58,922 nucleotides of DNA. Source: Selenomonadaceae bacterium (GTDB taxonomy: Bacteria; Bacillota; Negativicutes; Selenomonadales; Selenomonadaceae). The translations under genes were made by a program, and so were the position numbers. Location: the NCBI GenBank assembly GCA_045616885.1, contig JAZLHS010000011.1, forward strand, positions 1 to 58,922. The letters run 5' to 3'. The notes under the pieces are model-generated. The model saw only the letters and a program-made list of their open reading frames with translations, was not told the DNA's origin and ran no database searches. Within the stretch, counting starts at the first letter, position 1. Each line of letters opens with the position of its first letter. Shown in pieces: positions 54,562 to 58,922 of the stretch.

Positions 54562-54710
54562 TAATGTAAAAGCAGGGTATTACTGTCTGTAAAGAAACTA
54601 TTATGAACGCCGGCACTTGACGACTGACGAGCAAGCATGCGAAGTCAGAGTCTATGTGCCGCTGCGTGAATAAATAAACGCAAGTGAGTTTCTGTCAGAC
54701 AGTAATCCCG
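54562..54710 (+). repeat. LHR copy F
   Basis: Outer arms 54575-54589 GGGTATTACTGTCTG and 54696-54709 CAGACAGTAATCCC. The upper stem is CGGCAC/GTGCCG. Confidence 0.85.
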
Positions 54711-54735
54711 AAAGGATACATACATCGGATAAAAT

Positions 54736-56424
54736 ATGGCTTTGTTTTCCGAAAAATGCTATGTCTGGGAGAAGTTTAAGGGCATCTTCCTCGCCGCCAC
54801 CATGGCCATGCTCTGCGAGTACCTTGTATTGCTTTCCGATGAAATCATCATCGGAAACATCTGGGGCGAGCTGGCCATTTCCGGCGTAGCTCTGGCCACT
54901 CCCTTCTTCTCAGTCATCGTCTTCGTCTCCTACATGATTGCCGGTGGCACCGGTGTCCTCATGTCCGCCGCCGACGGCCGGGGAGACAGACCCCTGTCCG
55001 ACCGCTATATCAGTCAGGCCATCCAGCTGACAGCCATATCATCTTTGGTTCTTTTCGTCCTGTACATCACAGCTGGCTCCGGCATACTGCGCCTGCTCGG
55101 CTCAGATGAGGCTGTCATCTCCTACGCTCAGCAATATTTTTCCTGTCTGGCCTGGCTGCCATTAGTTCAGATATTTATCGCCGTCCTCTATACGGTCGTC
55201 CTCTATCGAGGCGGTGAGACAGCCTGCAACATCAGTACCGCCGTCATGGTAGTCCTGAACATCTCCCTCTCCGTTTACCTCGGTCTGGAGATGGGACTTG
55301 CCGGCGTCAGTCTTGCCACCGTAATCGCCAATCTGGCGGGACTTGTCCCTCTCCTGTGGTTTCTGACCACAAAGCAGGGACATATCCGCTTTACTTTCGG
55401 CCTCATTAAAAAGGACGTCATTGAAATATTCCGACTGAGCTTCGCTGAGTCGGTCGTCTTTCTCCTTATCGCCGGTCAGCAGTTCGTCCTCAACTGGTAC
55501 CTGCTGGCCAATTACTCGGTAGATGCCGTCGTCACCTGTACGGTAGTCCTCTATTTGGTCGTCCTTCTGATGACTCTCTTTGAGGGACTATGCGAAATAC
55601 TCATCCCGGTGGTCAGCGTCTACTGGGCCGAGAAGAACTACATCGGCAATGTTAAGGTTCTCCGCCTGCTGGAGCGGGTAGGATTGGCCGAAACAGTCGT
55701 CATCACGGTGGTGCTTCTGGCCGGAGCCGATTTCCTGCCGCTGCTCTTTGGTGTTCGCTCACCGGAGCTGCTGACCGACACTGCCGCGGCCATTCGCCTT
55801 TTTGTTCCGGCTGTCTGGTTCTTCTGCATCGTAAAGCTCTACGCAGTCTACTATATCTGCATCGAGAGGATAAACCTCTCTGTATGGTTTTCCCTCTGGC
55901 AGCTCTTCCTTGTCCCGGTACTGTTTACCATCGTCGGCTGTGAAGCCTTCGGTCTCTATGGCGGGTGGGCTGGAATGACTCTGGCTCAGATAGTCACCTG
56001 GGCGATGCTGAAGTTTTACTGTCGGCAGCACTATCCCGGCACGGCAGGTCTCTCCCATCTATCTCTTGCTGCTCTGAACAGGCAGTTCTTACGAAACATC
56101 CCGGCCGACGAATTACACTGGCGAGCCGTCTGCGGCGAAATCTCCAACCTTGATTTCCTGACCGGACTTTCTCTCGCTGCAAGGCAGGAGCTGAACGATA
56201 CGCTGTCAGCCGCCAACCGCCTCATCAACGACTTTTTCCGCAGCGATGACATGGCAGAGGTAAGTCTCCTCTGTCTTGAGGACAAGATATCCCTCATCCT
56301 CCGCTGCCACGGCATGAAGCCCGACAGTCAGGAAAATGATTTTCACCCCTTCATCTATTCCCCGGCTGCCGGCGATGACCGTTTCATCGCCACAATTTTC
56401 ACCCAGTCTAAACCGAACAATTAA
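54736..56424 (+). CDS. MATE/MOP-superfamily exporter with a C-terminal soluble extension of about 115 aa
   Basis: 562 aa. About 12 TM over the first 440 aa or so, with MATE-like pairs of 6 TM. A hydrophilic tail follows from about 56068. Confidence 0.7.
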   Translation: MALFSEKCYVWEKFKGIFLAATMAMLCEYLVLLSDEIIIGNIWGELAISGVALATPFFSVIVFVSYMIAGGTGVLMSAADGRGDRPLSDRYISQAIQLTAISSLVLFVLYITAGSGILRLLGSDEAVISYAQQYFSCLAWLPLVQIFIAVLYTVVLYRGGETACNISTAVMVVLNISLSVYLGLEMGLAGVSLATVIANLAGLVPLLWFLTTKQGHIRFTFGLIKKDVIEIFRLSFAESVVFLLIAGQQFVLNWYLLANYSVDAVVTCTVVLYLVVLLMTLFEGLCEILIPVVSVYWAEKNYIGNVKVLRLLERVGLAETVVITVVLLAGADFLPLLFGVRSPELLTDTAAAIRLFVPAVWFFCIVKLYAVYYICIERINLSVWFSLWQLFLVPVLFTIVGCEAFGLYGGWAGMTLAQIVTWAMLKFYCRQHYPGTAGLSHLSLAALNRQFLRNIPADELHWRAVCGEISNLDFLTGLSLAARQELNDTLSAANRLINDFFRSDDMAEVSLLCLEDKISLILRCHGMKPDSQENDFHPFIYSPAAGDDRFIATIFTQSKPNN

Positions 56425-56460
56425 TTTCTAAAAATATTAGCTCCGAGAGAAGGCATAAGA

Positions 56461-58008
56461 ATGACCCCCAGAAGACGCAAGAAAAAGCAGCGTAATCCGC
56501 TGCGCTTGGTTCTTCCCCTCTTTGTTATCATCCTGCTGGCCGCTACCGGCTACGCCTACCACTTCCTCTTCGGCTCCATCACGCCCGACCGGCAGGTGAG
56601 TCAGGCTGACAAAGGCAAAATACTGGAAGGCGGCTCTGCTGTAAACATCCTCCTCATGGGTATCGACCATCGAGCCAATGACGTAGGTCGCAGCGATACC
56701 CTCGTCCTTCTCACCGTCGACATGAAGAACGAAAAGGCCGCCATCCTCTCCATTCCCCGCGACACTCGCGTGAACATTGCCGGCAACGGCTACGACAAAA
56801 TAAACCACACCTACGCCTTCGGCGGTCACGAGCTCACCTGCTCCACCGTCAAAGAGCTTCTGGGGGCACCCATCGACTACTACGCGCTCCTCGATACAGG
56901 AGCCTTCGTAGATGTCATTGACACCCTCGGCGGTGTTGATATCACTGTGGAGCGTCCCATGCACTATGAAGACCCCTGGGACGACAACGGCGGTCTCGTC
57001 ATCGACTTCCAGCCCGGCCGTCAGCACTTAGACGGACAGAAATCAATAGAGTATGTCCGCTATCGTGACGAGCAGGGTGATTTGGGTCGCATCGGCCGTC
57101 AGCAAAATTTCGCCCGGGAGCTCATCTCTCAGACCAAGCTGACCGAGCTTCTCGCCAAGCTCCCCGCCCTGCTGAAAACAGCCGACGGTGCCGTCGTCAC
57201 CAACCTGACTGTCAGCGAGCGCTGCCGTCTGGCAACTTTCCTTGCCGGACTTAAGAAGGAATCCTTCAATTCCTCCATGCTCCCCGGTCGCCCCGCCTAT
57301 CTGGACTCCATCAGCTACTGGCTACCGGATATAAAGCGAGCCCGTCTCCAGCTGGCTGACGCTATGGGCATTGAGCCGAGCGCCACATACATTTCCCACG
57401 CTGCTACCGACTCTGCTGACTACGAGGCAGAGCTGCCCAGAGGCTTCTCCGTGCCCGATATCATGTCGGCGGTTCAGCCCGGCGGATACGGCAAAAAGGA
57501 TAAGAAAAAAGAAAACAAGGGCAAAGCCCCCGACAACAAACCGAAGGAAGCCAAGCCTGCCGACAAGGAAAAGGACAAGGCAAAGGCAGCCGATAAAAAG
57601 AAAAATGACGGCGTAATGGCGAAGAACAATCCTGAAACAAAGCCCTCCGCCATGGAGAACACCACCAAGAACGACCGCCGCAGTGAAGACACCCTAGCCG
57701 CACAGACGGAAAAGAGTCAGACAGCAGCAGCCACTAAGGCAGCAGCTAAAACACCGGTAAAAATAACCGTTGTGAACTCCACCGATATTAACGGTGCCGG
57801 TGCCCGAGTCGCCGCCATTCTGGCTGAGCGGGGCTTTGAGGTCGTGGAAGTATCCACCGGCAAAAACAAGCTGCAGGAGACTCGCATCGTTGTTCCCGAC
57901 GCCAATGTCAGCGAATTCTACGGCCTGCCCTTCCCCTGCATCATCATCGGCGGCGGCGAGCCGGGAGAAGCCTTTGTGAATATTGGCGCTGATTTTAAGA
58001 TGCAGTAA
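56461..58008 (+). CDS. LCP (LytR-CpsA-Psr) family protein with a Lys-rich linker and LytR_C-like end
   Basis: 515 aa. N-terminal TM. LCP core (NILLMGIDHR...RSDTLVLL...SIPRDT...INHTYAFGG). KKDKKKENKGK low-complexity linker. C-terminal VKITVVNSTDINGAGARVAAILAERGF. Confidence 0.85.
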   Translation: MTPRRRKKKQRNPLRLVLPLFVIILLAATGYAYHFLFGSITPDRQVSQADKGKILEGGSAVNILLMGIDHRANDVGRSDTLVLLTVDMKNEKAAILSIPRDTRVNIAGNGYDKINHTYAFGGHELTCSTVKELLGAPIDYYALLDTGAFVDVIDTLGGVDITVERPMHYEDPWDDNGGLVIDFQPGRQHLDGQKSIEYVRYRDEQGDLGRIGRQQNFARELISQTKLTELLAKLPALLKTADGAVVTNLTVSERCRLATFLAGLKKESFNSSMLPGRPAYLDSISYWLPDIKRARLQLADAMGIEPSATYISHAATDSADYEAELPRGFSVPDIMSAVQPGGYGKKDKKKENKGKAPDNKPKEAKPADKEKDKAKAADKKKNDGVMAKNNPETKPSAMENTTKNDRRSEDTLAAQTEKSQTAAATKAAAKTPVKITVVNSTDINGAGARVAAILAERGFEVVEVSTGKNKLQETRIVVPDANVSEFYGLPFPCIIIGGGEPGEAFVNIGADFKMQ

Positions 58009-58055
58009 CCTCACCCACCGCCTTCGGCGGTCCCCCTTCCCCAAGGGGGAAGCCT
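58009..58055 (+). repeat. GC-rich double-hairpin motif (REP-like), copy 1
   Basis: CCTCACCCACCGCCTTCGGCGGTCCCCCTTCCCCAAGGGGGAAGCC. Hairpins are ACCGCC/GGCGGT and CTTCCCC/GGGGAAG. It starts 1 nt after the LCP stop codon. Confidence 0.75.
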
Positions 58056-58059
58056 TCTT

Positions 58060-58225
58060 TAATGTAAATCCTCGTGAATAATGTCTGTAAGAAAACCGTT
58101 AATCAACATCGGTACTTAACGAACTGCGAGTAAGCATACGACGCAGGAGTTTAGTACCGCTATGTTGATTACCGAGCGAAAGCGGGTTTTCGTCAGACAA
58201 TATTCACGAGGTCAGTCAAATAATA
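58060..58225 (+). repeat. LHR copy G
   Basis: Outer arms 58070-58087 CCTCGTGAATAATGTCTG and 58194-58211 CAGACAATATTCACGAGG. It shares the right flank TCAGTCAAATAA with copy A. Confidence 0.85.
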
Positions 58226-58255
58226 AGTGACTTCTTCCCACAGAAAGGCCAAAAT

Positions 58256-58922
58256 ATGACCACACTACGAGCCAATGGACTCGCGAAATCATACGGCATC
58301 CACACTCTCTTTGAAAATGTCTCCTTTACCGTATCCACCGGTGAAGTCGTCGGCTTCGTCGGTGCCAACGGTGCCGGCAAGACCACCTTCCTCCGCTGCC
58401 TTCTCGGCATCGAAGAATTCGACAGCGGCACCATCACCTACGACGGCCCTGTCACCATCGGCTACGTAGAGCAGCAGGCGGAGCTTCACGGCCCCACCAT
58501 CTACGATGATTTCCTTGTAGCCTTCGCCGTCATCCGCCGCCTTGAAGCAAAGAAAGCGGAGCTGGAAGCCCGCCTCCATCATCAGGGCAGCGGCACTTCC
58601 GATTATGCTGACGCGCTCTCAGTGGAAGAGCTCCTTGCCGAATACGAGCGTATCCTTCTCCGCTTCGAGCAGCTCTCCGGCTACGACTACGAATCCCGTA
58701 TCCGGAAGGTCGCCTTCGGCCTCGGCTTCAGCGACGCGGATTTCTCCCGCCGCACCGACGAGCTCTCCGGCGGTCAGAAGACCCGCGTCCTCTTGGCTCG
58801 TGCCCTGCTCAGGGAGCCGGACTTGCTATACCTGGACGAGCCTACCAACCATCTTGACATCGAGATGATAGAGTGGCTGGAAACCTATCTGAAAAACTAC
58901 CGCGGCGCCGTCCTCATCATCT
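58256..58922 (+). CDS. ABC-F family ATPase (N-terminal part; continues beyond the window)
   Basis: Not in the ORF track because there is no stop. The ATG at 58256 lies 7 nt after AGAAAGG. Walker A GANGAGKTT, signature LSGGQKTR, Walker B LLYLDEPTNHLD. No TM segment. Confidence 0.85.
   Translation, partial: MTTLRANGLAKSYGIHTLFENVSFTVSTGEVVGFVGANGAGKTTFLRCLLGIEEFDSGTITYDGPVTIGYVEQQAELHGPTIYDDFLVAFAVIRRLEAKKAELEARLHHQGSGTSDYADALSVEELLAEYERILLRFEQLSGYDYESRIRKVAFGLGFSDADFSRRTDELSGGQKTRVLLARALLREPDLLYLDEPTNHLDIEMIEWLETYLKNYRGAVLII

Overview
This window looks like chromosomal DNA from a diderm Firmicute (Negativicutes, Selenomonadaceae-like; inferred, no search was run). Firmicute-type synteny (Orn/Lys/Arg decarboxylase-tmk, rnmV-ksgA, DegS/DegU-like proteins, an LCP protein, a small group-3 sigma) sits beside outer-membrane genes (mlaEFD-tolC-tamB). 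I call 48 CDS, two of them truncated at the window edges. About 36 consecutive genes from 13.5 to 51.8 kb are all on the minus strand.

Most content is housekeeping:
- hemB and hemL
- deoB
- pgi, galU and two phosphohexomutases
- a TRAP transporter
- tmk, rnmV and rsmA
- three c-di-GMP-type signalling proteins

I recognised no rRNA, tRNA, CRISPR array, transposase or integrase.

The signals most worth a second look are:
1. A family of ~135-165-nt long-hairpin intergenic repeats. There are 8 copies, and the two arms of each copy change together. Most sit just 3' of plus-strand genes. A second GC-rich double-hairpin motif accompanies them.
2. A consensus-promoter-driven trio: a radical SAM/SPASM enzyme, a free-standing condensation domain, and a MATE-like exporter with an extra tail. 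No precursor peptide or carrier protein is visible.
3. The mlaEFD-tolC-tamB envelope block. It continues into a sigma factor, a Pro-rich single-pass protein, a 3-TM protein with about 10 tandem 42-bp Pro-Glu repeats plus a TPR end, and a PRC-barrel protein.

All product calls come from motif recognition by eye. None has been verified by a search.
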